A DNA stretch of 64,000 nucleotides, taken from positions 32,001 through 96,000 of the IMG/VR virus record IMGVR_UViG_3300045988_151707; one strand, 5' to 3'. This document shows positions 11,101 to 18,220 of this stretch, one piece after another. This DNA comes from a virus. Numbering within the stretch: position 1 is the stretch's first letter; each line of letters opens with the position of its first letter. The position numbers and the translations under genes were made by a program. Below the pieces are notes generated by a model that did not search any database, was not told the DNA's origin, and was given only the letters and a program-made list of their open reading frames with translations.

Positions 11101-11615
11101 TCCTGCAATCGCTGTTTGGCCATGCCAAGCGACTTGTCGCTCACATTGCCTATGTCGCCTATTATGTCGGAAAACTCTACAAGGTTCCCTTTCCGGCGCT
11201 GTGCTTCATCGGCTATCTGTTTGATGTAATCGCGAACTGTATTAAGCGTTTGAAGGTCTTTCGGGTTTACCCCAAGCAACATCTGTTTCAAGCCATTCTG
11301 AGCGTTATTAAGATTACGTAGAGTCTGTCCGGAAATATCTGTAAGGTATTTCTGCACAGTATTAATATTCCGTTCAGATTCAGTTATTGACTTCTGAAGT
11401 TGTTTTTGCTGCTTTAAAGCATCTTCATATATCTTTTTATTCTTGTCGTAAGCAACCGTATCCACAGTAGCCTGCATGTTTTTCTGGGCTTCCTGTGCCT
11501 GTTTACCAAGCTTCTTCCATTCTTCACGCATCTGTTCAACCTGCTTACGGGCCTGTTCCGCTCCGCCTATAAGCACGTCGATTCTAGCCAGTCTGGTACC
11601 TAAACTATTTGCCAT
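5151..11615 (-). CDS. tail tape measure protein (2154 aa from ATG at 11615)
   Basis: Very long ORF, alpha-helical and coiled-coil rich, with internal tandem repeats of about 120 aa. It has a hydrophobic central segment and a Gly-rich C-terminal membrane-like segment. The ORF-track N-terminal extension (11616-11771) covers a promoter and hairpins and is rejected. Confidence 0.85.
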   Translation of the reverse strand: MANSLGTRLARIDVLIGGAEQARKQVEQMREEWKKLGKQAQEAQKNMQATVDTVAYDKNKKIYEDALKQQKQLQKSITESERNINTVQKYLTDISGQTLRNLNNAQNGLKQMLLGVNPKDLQTLNTVRDYIKQIADEAQRRKGNLVEFSDIIGDIGNVSDKSLGMAKQRLQELISTTQKNTKEIQTYREQLKKVEDEEQRRISSKAGRVMGNLDGSSVAEIQEAINVTTKLRDVQKLGGQEWEIYNDEIQRAQKYLSDFNSLTKQIAMSDRMKELGKASESSLAELKKYWQEQVNGAQRGSQELAEYESKLKQVLDEEKKRSAKSAVSVFSNLSGSSLTEIQDAIKATTQLRDATELGSKQWDIYNQYIERAKKYLSDFENTSKNAAIAERMKNIGNASTSSLAELKKFWQEQVDGAELSSQKLQQYQQNLEAVIKEEQNRISNRAQTTLGKVQTGTFDGTIAQTKEAIKLLEQYKQQLKTSDTKGVKEVESAINSLNEKLKQSSAEFTSLEDALDKAETVGQGTFDGTYEDLEKLKKSLEEYKKKLEVSDTKGLKKIEDALSTIEKKQKSSVLSAEELNKVILTLKTAPLEDLQKAAAQLQQELSEAERDTREYMEASMNLRRVNEQINEVKRSWQEHDNQIVATIKRLTSYVLVYAGFNEVVGRIKQLYQANLQLSDSLADIEKTTGLSTESVAELSREIDSIDTRTAQQELHDLAYEAGKLGISAKEDVLGFVKAGNQLLVALGEDLGGAEAVRQLMKVNAILGETQKLGVEKALLATGSAINEISQTSRASAGPIVDVVNRIGAIGEAAGLSMSDLIALAGTLDALGQHAEMGGTALNTFISTLTSNTTEVAQAVGLSDDYLKNLIEQGKTIQAVIAVFEKMNAMGGLDVLAPIMKDLGSDGKRIKQVLVTLSSGVDELKAQVFTSSRAFKEATSVTDEYNIKNENAMAIMQRMGNAIKESFINSGFVEWLTDVLRYISSIPNRFERGETSIRLTAVALQVLVGVMIATSSAVQKASANIVLFTKMVKSGTASVNIFKIAWQSLSKAMMSNPLGWVVLGFTALTSAVTYFKKSVDEATKAQSEFEAAIQKETFELSNLKYAIDKANVSNGERAALIKQLNDKYGAYLGFMVTENNYAEKQEYIYSLINARLRETLALKMRDKMMENIADKYTDQIQELQSKIIASLNKMENVGETNAGDAMARIMDGMNKVVEEGGNLYDALDGFMEKYDKNIKQLPFSSDALKLMNILKNIRKEAGQTQTFLESTQRAAESKTEELMLQDLRKSNQGILSSSDLPELNTYLQQATTYVQRLREDVDELNAKREKGEKLTKAETAELAEKNRQLGVYQNNISQVEKRIKAIGLESVWGQGVSLETAGVDKLVATYKKLEAMMKSINEDKDYADTFAARGFKSAKEEYEALKKMEQDVAKVLAEKWGRDTSGNWLKVRKSGTRGEQKEMNDEISAAMSALEAYFLRRQQAIRQAYLDEQITTEEMNRQIDATEEEHLLARVELRKKLLGEENTFNQNLYGMEGKNLESTAALIKKLGERQTDGLRKNLEKDLLEVQNMAVKYRQTIEKELLKYNPFESLVNQFEESLDKLRLLNTDAEKEFRMSLGFSGVIDESAVKERINALVSLSEDAYSLNEDELRTYLSNIDAVWAESMSPEQMSLMLKKLRDFYQDSKAAAEKYAKDIKEMIDVQWETSGNQKLWEDRIKGADDQSELMGAAGNLGLASTQSSFLGTSDTDNAELEALRIKLEAAAQYYEQFESRKKELIQQAIASGATQQQAEESFLMAQKEAYDNYIAAREEQSSKELEITESKLGTLKNYTDAVVDFSEQMGEAAFAEVDDRKQAAKMLLQTAMKLTKDLIMQKITELLMKKTLGDQEVTQEAATSATVTAIHGSQAITDMTVEGAKTTGDVTSGIARGSAKTIGDLGWWGIPLIAVISAALSALMGLAMGKLNKAKQDVAAATGVSSSKGRVAAGMLTYAEGDYPVLGNDGQIYNARYQKELKTGVYGGGAHFGIFSEKKPEMIVDGDTTQKLILNYPHIYDSILTIARHGQLKSAAMPTFASGNYPSMPAQITQVASGATDMTMQNEQMTQMLGSVAEALSTLNERLSKPIRAAVDPYGSKGAVNQLNKASNFMTKRGLIK

Positions 11616-11635
11616 GTCTTTGTGTTTGTTTCCCT

Positions 11636-11678
11636 CAAAGTTAGGCACCCGAAATGTGGAAATGAAGGACAAAAAAAC
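11636..11678 (-). promoter_or_regulatory. late promoter copy 1 (TTTTTTTGTCCTTC-N-TAACTTTG)
   Basis: Minus strand reads GTTTTTTTGTCCTTCA, with 26 nt between the TTTG and the TAACTTTG box. The leader AAACAAACACAAAGAC precedes the ATG. Confidence 0.7.
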
Positions 11679-11705
11679 GGTGTCCGTCAGTTCAACGGAC
11701 ACCGT
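11677..11705 (-). terminator. rho-independent terminator whose U-tract is the T-run of late promoter 1
   Basis: 11-bp stem ACGGTGTCCGT/ACGGACACCGT with a 7-nt loop. On the minus strand it is followed by TTTTTTT. Confidence 0.6.
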
Positions 11706-11720
11706 TTTAAAACTATTCGC

Positions 11721-11791
11721 CAGCAACCTCTCAAGTGGTTTGCGGCAAACCTCTCGAGCGATATGCAGCAAACCACTTGAGAGGTTTGCTG
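11721..11791. repeat. long inverted repeat (about 22-bp arms, about 24-nt loop containing a third partial copy)
   Basis: CAGCAACCTCTCAAGTGGTTTGC pairs with GCAAACCACTTGAGAGGTTTGCTG. The loop carries GCAAACCTCTCGAG. Confidence 0.6.
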
Positions 11792-11864
11792 CATTTGTTT
11801 TGACAGGCCCTACAGGCTATTGTGGAGGGGGTGGTAAGTGGCGAAAGGGAAGAATGTTCGTATA

Positions 11865-12374
11865 TTACAATAATCCATTAACCATCACTTCCGCATACAC
11901 CATCCCGAACGCTATCACCTCCGCCCAGAACAGCGGTTTGCACAACACGAAGCTATACCATAAATCGCCATTCCATACTTGTTTCAAGCGTACACCGACA
12001 TATAATGCCCACGCAATCCACACAAGCAGAAGACACGGACAGGTAAGTGCTATCCATATCTGACTGTTGAGCGCAGCTATCGTGGTAGCGACGATGTGTA
12101 CAGGCCGGTCCATCCCGGCTTTGAAATTGGGTGCCGCACCCACGAATAGTAACGCTCCGCACATCAGAAATGCGGTGAACTGATAATTTTCGGGGGTAGC
12201 AGATAGGAGGGTGGGCATGAGCAGTAGGGATGTTGCGGTCATGGTGAAGCCGAACCACAGCTTATGTTTCAACGAATAGTATGTGTCGCTGATGGAATAT
12301 GGTATTCCGTTGCGTTTCACCATCACCCCCACGTATGTGAGGATGACAGCTATTGATAAGAGTATGAGTATCAT
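11865..12374 (-). CDS. multi-pass membrane protein
   Basis: 169-aa ORF that is almost entirely hydrophobic helices. Its start overlaps the upstream stop (ATGA-type coupling). Confidence 0.55.
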   Translation of the reverse strand: MILILLSIAVILTYVGVMVKRNGIPYSISDTYYSLKHKLWFGFTMTATSLLLMPTLLSATPENYQFTAFLMCGALLFVGAAPNFKAGMDRPVHIVATTIAALNSQIWIALTCPCLLLVWIAWALYVGVRLKQVWNGDLWYSFVLCKPLFWAEVIAFGMVYAEVMVNGLL

Positions 12375-12895
12375 TTTGTGTTCAGATTAAGTTTTTCAGG
12401 ATATCCGGTTGTGTGGTCGTAGGCTTCCACTTCTTTCACGCTTTGCAGGGCTTCCACATTCGCCTTGTGTTGTGCCGTTACGTTGTAGCACTGCAGGGCG
12501 TACAGTTCGAGGGCGGAGAGCATCTGTATAGCTGTGTCGCACTCGATGGTGTAGCTTTTGTCTCCGAACCAGAGTGTAGTGGTGAGCATCGAGGCTGCCT
12601 TCTGTATCTGGGTGGAGTTCATCAGTCCTACGCGGGTGTTCTTGTCGAGCCAAACGGATTCGCCGTCGAGAGTGAAGCTGTTTACCGCGTCGCTCGTGTC
12701 GTAGCTTTCTATCTCGAATATCTTTGCGGCTTTTTCGGCTCCCAGTTCGTCGGTGGGCAGTTCGCTTACTTCTTTGAACATTTCCTCCATGTCGGAAGGA
12801 AGGCGGTTTGCACGCTTGAAATAGATGTTTGTTCCGATACGATTTATGTACAGACCTTCTGTACTGTAAATCTCTTTTTCTGTAAATTTTATCAT
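12371..12895 (-). CDS. hypothetical phage protein (possibly DUF4376-like)
   Basis: 174-aa ORF. The stretch FTLDGESVWLDKNTRVGL resembles tail-fibre-associated DUF4376 proteins from memory only. Confidence 0.4.
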   Translation of the reverse strand: MIKFTEKEIYSTEGLYINRIGTNIYFKRANRLPSDMEEMFKEVSELPTDELGAEKAAKIFEIESYDTSDAVNSFTLDGESVWLDKNTRVGLMNSTQIQKAASMLTTTLWFGDKSYTIECDTAIQMLSALELYALQCYNVTAQHKANVEALQSVKEVEAYDHTTGYPEKLNLNTK

Positions 12896-13266
12896 AATGT
12901 CACGATTGAGATTGATGGTTTGTTTTTCAGTGCTGACTGGATTTCTTCGTCTTCAATGATTGAGGCATAGTCTTTTGCCGGAAGTGTGAGTGGGATAACG
13001 GAGTTGCTGTCTGTATTCTCGATAAAGAACAGCAGTGCCTCGCGGCTTATGCCGGGTTCTTCGGTTATCGTTCCCCATTCCTGCACTATGCAGGTTTCGT
13101 ATTCGCGATTGATGAAGAAGTCTGCTCCTTCGGGTTTCTCTGTTTCGCAGTATGGCTTGTAGCCTTGTGCGATGATTTCTTCTTCAGCAAGTTTTCCGCC
13201 TACTTCCTGTCCTTTCTCTACTTCTTTGACGAGTAGCTGGTCATTTTCGATTTTTGCGTACTTCAT
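12892..13266 (-). CDS. hypothetical protein (start moved to ATG 13266)
   Basis: The internal Met removes the overlap with the RT 3' end. The protein is acidic and 124 aa long. Confidence 0.45.
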   Translation of the reverse strand: MKYAKIENDQLLVKEVEKGQEVGGKLAEEEIIAQGYKPYCETEKPEGADFFINREYETCIVQEWGTITEEPGISREALLFFIENTDSNSVIPLTLPAKDYASIIEDEEIQSALKNKPSISIVTL

Positions 13267-13303
13267 GTTATCAATGTTTTTAAATGTTGCTATCAGTTGT
13301 CCG

Positions 13304-14776
13304 TTATGCTCGCATATATGCAGGTTCGCGGAGCTGTAGGGGGAGCCTCCTTTTCGGATAGTACCTTTCCGGCGGTCTGAATATGGAAGCATAGTCGTTC
13401 AGGTTTAGATATGATGTCTTGTTTGGTTTGTATTTGCTTTTCAGCACACAGACGAAGCTGCCGTTCTTGTTGCGGAAATACAGCCATTCGGAAAATGTTT
13501 CCAAAGCTTTCTTTGCTATGCGCTTTTTGATGTTGAAGGATGCTGTTCCTTTCATCAGACCGAAATAGCTGTTTATGCTTTGCATGACGTGTACGGCGTT
13601 ATCGTACGACGGCATCCGGCTGTATTCTTCTATCGCTGTATGAAGGGCGTGTACTGTGCGGTTGGATATGTAGATACGGTTCAGCTTTACTACTTTTCCG
13701 CAGAACTTTACTCCGTGTGAGGCCGGCTGTATGTAGAATTTATCGGGATGGACTTTTAGTTTCAGCCGTCCGGTCGCTTTTATGAATACTTTCCGGGCAT
13801 GGATTATTTCGGCTGCTGTTTCTGCCACCACGCATATATCATCTACAAACCGTGTGTATCTCACTCCGGCTTTTATCATTTCCGCATCAGCTTCCGCCAT
13901 GACGAGGTTTGCGAGGAGTTGGGAATAGAAGTTTCCTATCGGGAGTCCTTTATCGGGTGGAAGTCCGAAAAGGCTTTTGTTGGGCGGAACTTTATCCCAC
14001 ATTTTTATATCGGAGCGTCGCTCGCAGTCTGTGGCCGGATTGTGCTGTATCAGGGTGTGAAGCAGGGAGAGTTTTTCTTCCTTATCGGGTTTATCGTAAT
14101 ACATATCGGCGTATTTCCGAAAGATGCGGTATGCTGTTTCCTTGTCTATCGACATAAAGAAGCCTGATATATCCATTGTGGCCACAAAGGCTTTCTTTGT
14201 GTAACCGTCCGTTACATCACGAATATTCCGCTGTATCTGCTCGATGGCTGTAGATGCGGAATGCCCGATACGGTTGCCGTGGCTTACATCACCATTGGCT
14301 TCGTGGACTTTCTCGCATATCTCGCCAAGCATCGGAGCGACGTAGTGGTGCACGATACGGTCGGTGTAGTTAGCTGCAAACACTTCTCTATATACAGGAT
14401 AGTCGAGGACAAAACAGATGCTTGTCTGTGGCTGGTAGCCGTTGTCTATTCTGTTTATCAATTCATAAATACGCGACAGGTTGAAATGAAACGATGCTGC
14501 TTCGAGCGATGCGTGCTTGTTTTTGTAACAGTCACTTTCGGCAGCTATCCAGGCGGGCACTTTTTCTGATAAATCGGAGGCCGGCACCACGCTATAGGTG
14601 TTGTTCGTGTTGTTGTTGTTCAAGTTGCCATTTCCCATGTTCACATACCAGGCGTTGTTGCCATTGTTGCGGACACAGCTCCAGACGTTGCCGCCCAGGA
14701 CTTCTGCCCTGTTAATCGAAATAGCTTGCTCACCGCAAGCACAGGGACCTTTATCATTAAACAGTTCTGCCGACAT
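13304..14776 (-). CDS. DGR reverse transcriptase (the ORF as drawn includes the TR in frame; a GTG at 14560 is an alternative start)
   Basis: Motifs seen: REVFAANYTDRIVHH (motif 1/2), LPIGNFYSQLLANL (the DGR-type IGxxxSQ signature) and FVDD (YxDD box). It lies directly downstream of the TR. Confidence 0.9.
   Translation of the reverse strand: MSAELFNDKGPCACGEQAISINRAEVLGGNVWSCVRNNGNNAWYVNMGNGNLNNNNTNNTYSVVPASDLSEKVPAWIAAESDCYKNKHASLEAASFHFNLSRIYELINRIDNGYQPQTSICFVLDYPVYREVFAANYTDRIVHHYVAPMLGEICEKVHEANGDVSHGNRIGHSASTAIEQIQRNIRDVTDGYTKKAFVATMDISGFFMSIDKETAYRIFRKYADMYYDKPDKEEKLSLLHTLIQHNPATDCERRSDIKMWDKVPPNKSLFGLPPDKGLPIGNFYSQLLANLVMAEADAEMIKAGVRYTRFVDDICVVAETAAEIIHARKVFIKATGRLKLKVHPDKFYIQPASHGVKFCGKVVKLNRIYISNRTVHALHTAIEEYSRMPSYDNAVHVMQSINSYFGLMKGTASFNIKKRIAKKALETFSEWLYFRNKNGSFVCVLKSKYKPNKTSYLNLNDYASIFRPPERYYPKRRLPLQLREPAYMRA
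14575..14701 (-). repeat. DGR template repeat (TR), 127 nt
   Basis: Gapless alignment to 15219-15345. All 15 mismatches are A in the TR on the coding strand. It translates as an Asn (AAY)-rich peptide. Confidence 0.92.
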
Positions 14777-14779
14777 AGT

Positions 14780-15133
14780 TCAAGACTTTTCGGATCTGAC
14801 ATTCTTTATCCTCGCAAGCGAAGATAAAATATTATCGCACAAAACGTCTATTACAGACGCTTTCTCTTTGCTGCATCCTCCAAGAGCCACTATCAAGTAT
14901 ATCCCGAACTGCAACTCGTATGTCAGTTCTGTAGCTCTTTTATAATAGTCCATTCCACGGACCTGGCGCATAGCGTAGATGAAGAGTAATGCGCCTTGCT
15001 TCAGCATAGGATCTATATATGTTCTGCTTATGACCTTATAAGCTTTGCTGTTGATTTCTATGAGACAATTATTCAGGCGTATCACATCCTGAATAATCGG
15101 TGCGTCCAAATGTTTCCTCCCGGATCTGTTCAT
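14780..15133 (-). CDS. avd: accessory variability determinant (Avd)-like helical protein
   Basis: 117-aa helix-rich ORF in the canonical position between target gene and TR. Its stop is 3 nt from the RT-ORF ATG. The call is positional rather than motif-based. Confidence 0.55.
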   Translation of the reverse strand: MNRSGRKHLDAPIIQDVIRLNNCLIEINSKAYKVISRTYIDPMLKQGALLFIYAMRQVRGMDYYKRATELTYELQFGIYLIVALGGCSKEKASVIDVLCDNILSSLARIKNVRSEKS

Positions 15134-15183
15134 TTCTATTGTCGCGTATTAAATGTTAATATATTTTAATGCAAAAGTTAATG

Positions 15184-15202
15184 AGCCGTGCTCCGCACGG
15201 CT
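15184..15202 (-). promoter_or_regulatory. GC-rich hairpin 3' of the VR (DGR target-recognition hairpin/cruciform candidate)
   Basis: AGCCGTGC-TCC-GCACGGCT, an 8-bp stem that ends 17 nt beyond the VR 3' end. Confidence 0.55.
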
Positions 15203-15210
15203 GAGATAAA

Positions 15211-16629
15211 TCAAAAAGCGGAGGCCGGCACCACGCTACAGGTGCCGTACGCGTTGCCGTAGTACAAGGTGCCATTACCCATGTGCACATACCAGGCGTA
15301 GTTGCCACTGTAGCGGACACAGCTCCAGACGTTGCCGCCCAGGACGCCAGGTATGCCCCATTTTTCATAACTGTTAAGATAGTTTATCAATCCTGAAATT
15401 ATGCTTTTGTTTGTCCAGTATGGATATAATTCTTTCTCTCCTGCCATATACTTCCCTTCAAGTGTTTTGATGTAATACACAGCATGAGAGTCCGCCATAT
15501 TCCATTCGTAATTTGTACTGGAATTTCCCGGTCTGCTTATGTATGGGGTAATGATATACCAATAACCGTCAACGGTTATGGCTTCCGCTCCTTTTGCGCC
15601 CGGAGAAAGAAGAGGTCGTTCGGCGGAGTTTACTCCGGTGTCGTTCATGTTTACACCGTTTGTTTTCTGCTGTTCGTACAGCCATTCAGCGTATTCAGGT
15701 TTAAAATAATATGCGTTGTTTACTGAATACTTATTATTTGTATTGTACATTGCTTTCAAACCTGTGTTCTGGCCGTTTACGAAGAAAAACATATCTTCAC
15801 CTAACTGAGCCTGTACGCCTGATGAATTTAGGATTTCCACATCGGTTATTGTGCCTTCTGCTTCAGAAGATGTTATGCCGCTACAGATGGCAAACCTGTG
15901 GCGAAGCCATTCATTCTGTACATACATGGATTCAAGACGTTCGGCGTAATTATCCGCTATCATAGCATTTACATTACCGCAATTCTTTTCCATTATCCAG
16001 CGTTGCTTGGTATTACCGCTATAAAGTTCAAGCTTGTCGTCTTCCGTTACGGTTACGCTCCAGTCGGCTGCGAAGTGACTTCCTGCAGCATGGGTGCCAA
16101 GGTTCTCATCTATGGTTCCATGATAGTCTGTTCCTTCTCCTGTTCCGGTTCTCTGATCGTATTCATAAACGGAATGCTGCATTGCGTTTGATGCTTTGCT
16201 TGTAGTACCGGACGTGGCGTAATATTCTCCCTGCCACGGCCAATACAATATCGTTCTTATCCCGTTGCACTCCAAAGAGAATCCTACCGGAGGAGCAATG
16301 AGTTCGTTGTCGAAGCCGTTGGCCACGCTGCGCTCGTTCCATTCTTTTACCGTGTAATGCTTCAGGTCTGCATCTACAATCTTGATATGGTCGTTTGTAG
16401 CTACGGCTTCCGTCTTGCCTTCTTTTGTTGTGATGGCAGTGGAGCGTACCGGCAGTATCAGCATTTGCGATTCAAAGGCGTATTCATCCCCTGTCGGAAT
16501 GGCTGCTATTTTAGCCGGATATTCGGAAAGGATTTCTCCTACATTTTCTACACCCTTTGCTTCAATGGCTGCCTTTATGGCGGCTTTGCTTTCTTTTAAC
16601 TTGTTTAGTTTGTCTGCTGTCGTTCCCAT
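15211..16629 (-). CDS. DGR target (variable) protein; tail-fibre/receptor-binding candidate with a C-terminal variable domain
   Basis: 472 aa. The last ~42 codons are the VR (VLGGNVWSCVRYSGNYAWYVHMGNGTLYYGNAYGTCSVVPASAF). The N-terminus is fibre-like (KLNKLKESKAAIKAAIEAKG). The gene is translationally coupled to the upstream coiled-coil gene. Confidence 0.85.
   Translation of the reverse strand: MGTTADKLNKLKESKAAIKAAIEAKGVENVGEILSEYPAKIAAIPTGDEYAFESQMLILPVRSTAITTKEGKTEAVATNDHIKIVDADLKHYTVKEWNERSVANGFDNELIAPPVGFSLECNGIRTILYWPWQGEYYATSGTTSKASNAMQHSVYEYDQRTGTGEGTDYHGTIDENLGTHAAGSHFAADWSVTVTEDDKLELYSGNTKQRWIMEKNCGNVNAMIADNYAERLESMYVQNEWLRHRFAICSGITSSEAEGTITDVEILNSSGVQAQLGEDMFFFVNGQNTGLKAMYNTNNKYSVNNAYYFKPEYAEWLYEQQKTNGVNMNDTGVNSAERPLLSPGAKGAEAITVDGYWYIITPYISRPGNSSTNYEWNMADSHAVYYIKTLEGKYMAGEKELYPYWTNKSIISGLINYLNSYEKWGIPGVLGGNVWSCVRYSGNYAWYVHMGNGTLYYGNAYGTCSVVPASAF
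15219..15345 (-). repeat. DGR variable repeat (VR), 127 nt
   Basis: 112/127 identical to the TR. Every difference falls at a TR adenine. The conserved 3' GC-rich end CGTGGTGCCGGCCTCCG is IMH-like. Confidence 0.92.
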
Positions 16630-16880
16630 TATATCACCTCCCCGTTTATTTCATCAAGTACTGTGTTTATATCTCCTATAGCATTGCTTAAATCCTGAGA
16701 GGTGGCGTACCCTTTCTGCGCAAGAGTTTCTTCTGTTACATATCCTTCAGGAACTTGCTTTAAAGAAGAATTTACTCCATCAACGAGTTCGTCTATCTTC
16801 TTCGTTATAGCGTTCATTTCATCAGACTGCAACACCTGCTCTCTGGTGAATGTTTTATTTAATTTCTGAATATCTGCCAT
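16629..16880 (-). CDS. small coiled-coil fibre-associated protein
   Basis: 83-aa helical ORF whose stop overlaps the start of the DGR target gene. Confidence 0.5.
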   Translation of the reverse strand: MADIQKLNKTFTREQVLQSDEMNAITKKIDELVDGVNSSLKQVPEGYVTEETLAQKGYATSQDLSNAIGDINTVLDEINGEVI

Positions 16881-17023
16881 GGCATATTATTTTAATTTGT
16901 TTACATCGAGCTTTCCTTTGTCGAGTACGAGGTATTTTTCTTCAGGAGGAGATATATGCTTTTTCTTCTTAATCTCACAGAATCTATACGTCAAAAGCTT
17001 AAACGTATTTAGCTTAATAGGTT

Positions 17024-17305
17024 TCATGATCCTGCCTCCCTTATGGTTGCTTTTGTAACTTTACTTGATACAACAATTTTAATATACTTAGGATAGACCG
17101 CATGACAAAAATCTGCATCTATTACGTCCCCCCACTTTAGTTCAATATATGAACGCCTATACTTTCCTTCATCACTTCCCCTTTGATAAATCTCCAATGT
17201 TCCTCCACTCTCCATTTCGATATGAAGATTATAGTCTGAGTTTACTTTTGTTTCTGATACAAATGATTTGCCTTCCTCATTAAATAATAATTCTCTCTGT
17301 TCCAT
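17024..17305 (-). CDS. hypothetical protein (start at ATG 17305)
   Basis: First ORF after late promoter 2. The ORF-track start at 17323 falls inside the -7 box. Confidence 0.5.
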   Translation of the reverse strand: MEQRELLFNEEGKSFVSETKVNSDYNLHIEMESGGTLEIYQRGSDEGKYRRSYIELKWGDVIDADFCHAVYPKYIKIVVSSKVTKATIREAGS

Positions 17306-17320
17306 GATATTTGTTTTTAG

Positions 17321-17363
17321 CAAAAATAAGTAACATACACAAAAATAAGAAGGACAAAAAAAC
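17321..17363 (-). promoter_or_regulatory. late promoter copy 2 (TTTTTTTGTCCTTC-N-TATTTTTG)
   Basis: Same invariant core and the same 26-nt spacing as the other five copies. Confidence 0.65.
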
Positions 17364-17533
17364 AGCTGTATATATATCGGATAAGACTACTTTTTTAAAA
17401 GGGAATCTAATTAAAATTGTCTCACATTTTATATTTTACACCGTTTTTCAGCACTTTTTCCATTTAATCAGAAATTGTGAAACTCAAACACAACCAAATC
17501 AATATTTTTGCAATAAACAAACTACTTATCATT

Positions 17534-18208
17534 ATGAAAAAAAACTTATTTTTTACATTGACTTTAATTTTAATTATGTGCTTGTTTACTTCTTGCGGAA
17601 GTACATATATGGCTGTTTACGATTTAGGTCTTTCTTCTGTTGAAAGCCCTTCATACTCAAAAGATCCATTTGGTAATTCGGAAATAGTAAAGATTTCTGA
17701 TGAAGTCCCTTCAAAAAATAAAAAGGCTCAGATTGTAAACAAATACAGATACACGGATAAATACATTGACATTGTGTGGTGGTACTCTACCACTCAGTTT
17801 GAATTTGAGCTGAAAAATGTTTCAGAAAAAACACTGAAAATAAATTGGGATGATGTAACCTTTATGGACTATACAGGTAATATAAGCCGGATTATGCACA
17901 AAGGAGTAAAATACATAGACAAAGATAAAAGTCAGGGAAGCATAAGCATACCCAAAAACGGAAAGCTAAACGATATTATAGTCCCTACGTCAAATGTATA
18001 TTTCAGTCAGGGGTTTGGCGTTTATGTTCCTTCTGAATGGAAACAAAAATCAATCATTCCATGTTTCTACAAGAGTAAGAAAGAAATGCAGAATGATATT
18101 GACAATAAAATTTGGATAGGTAAAAAAGTACAAATACTTTTCCCGATAGAGATTGAAGGAAAGAAAAATGACTACAATTTTGAGTTTACAGTTAACGGTA
18201 CATACTGA
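17534..18208 (+). CDS. lipoprotein encoded opposite to the late operons (moron; superinfection-exclusion candidate)
   Basis: Signal peptide and lipobox MKKNLFFTLTLILIMCLFTSC. It has its own TATTTTTG box at 17503-17510, its own terminator, and AT-rich composition. Confidence 0.7.
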   Translation: MKKNLFFTLTLILIMCLFTSCGSTYMAVYDLGLSSVESPSYSKDPFGNSEIVKISDEVPSKNKKAQIVNKYRYTDKYIDIVWWYSTTQFEFELKNVSEKTLKINWDDVTFMDYTGNISRIMHKGVKYIDKDKSQGSISIPKNGKLNDIIVPTSNVYFSQGFGVYVPSEWKQKSIIPCFYKSKKEMQNDIDNKIWIGKKVQILFPIEIEGKKNDYNFEFTVNGTY

Positions 18209-18220
18209 TAATAAAAAAAC

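Noticed and set aside
11616-11771. N-terminal 52-codon extension of the tape-measure ORF given in the ORF track
   Set aside because: It spans a late promoter, a terminator hairpin and a long inverted repeat. The Met at 11615 is preceded by the standard leader.
13304-14776. The RT as a retron, group II intron or Abi-type defence RT
   Set aside because: An adenine-specific TR/VR pair, an Avd-position gene and the IGNFYSQ signature identify it as a DGR RT. No msr/msd-like structure or intron domains are adjacent.
15156-15368. 70-aa ORF overlapping the VR in another frame, and the many 60-300-aa ORFs antisense to the tape measure, fibre, portal and methyltransferase genes
   Set aside because: They lie wholly inside longer, motif-supported genes on the opposite strand or in another frame. 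They have low-complexity translations and no promoter or leader context.
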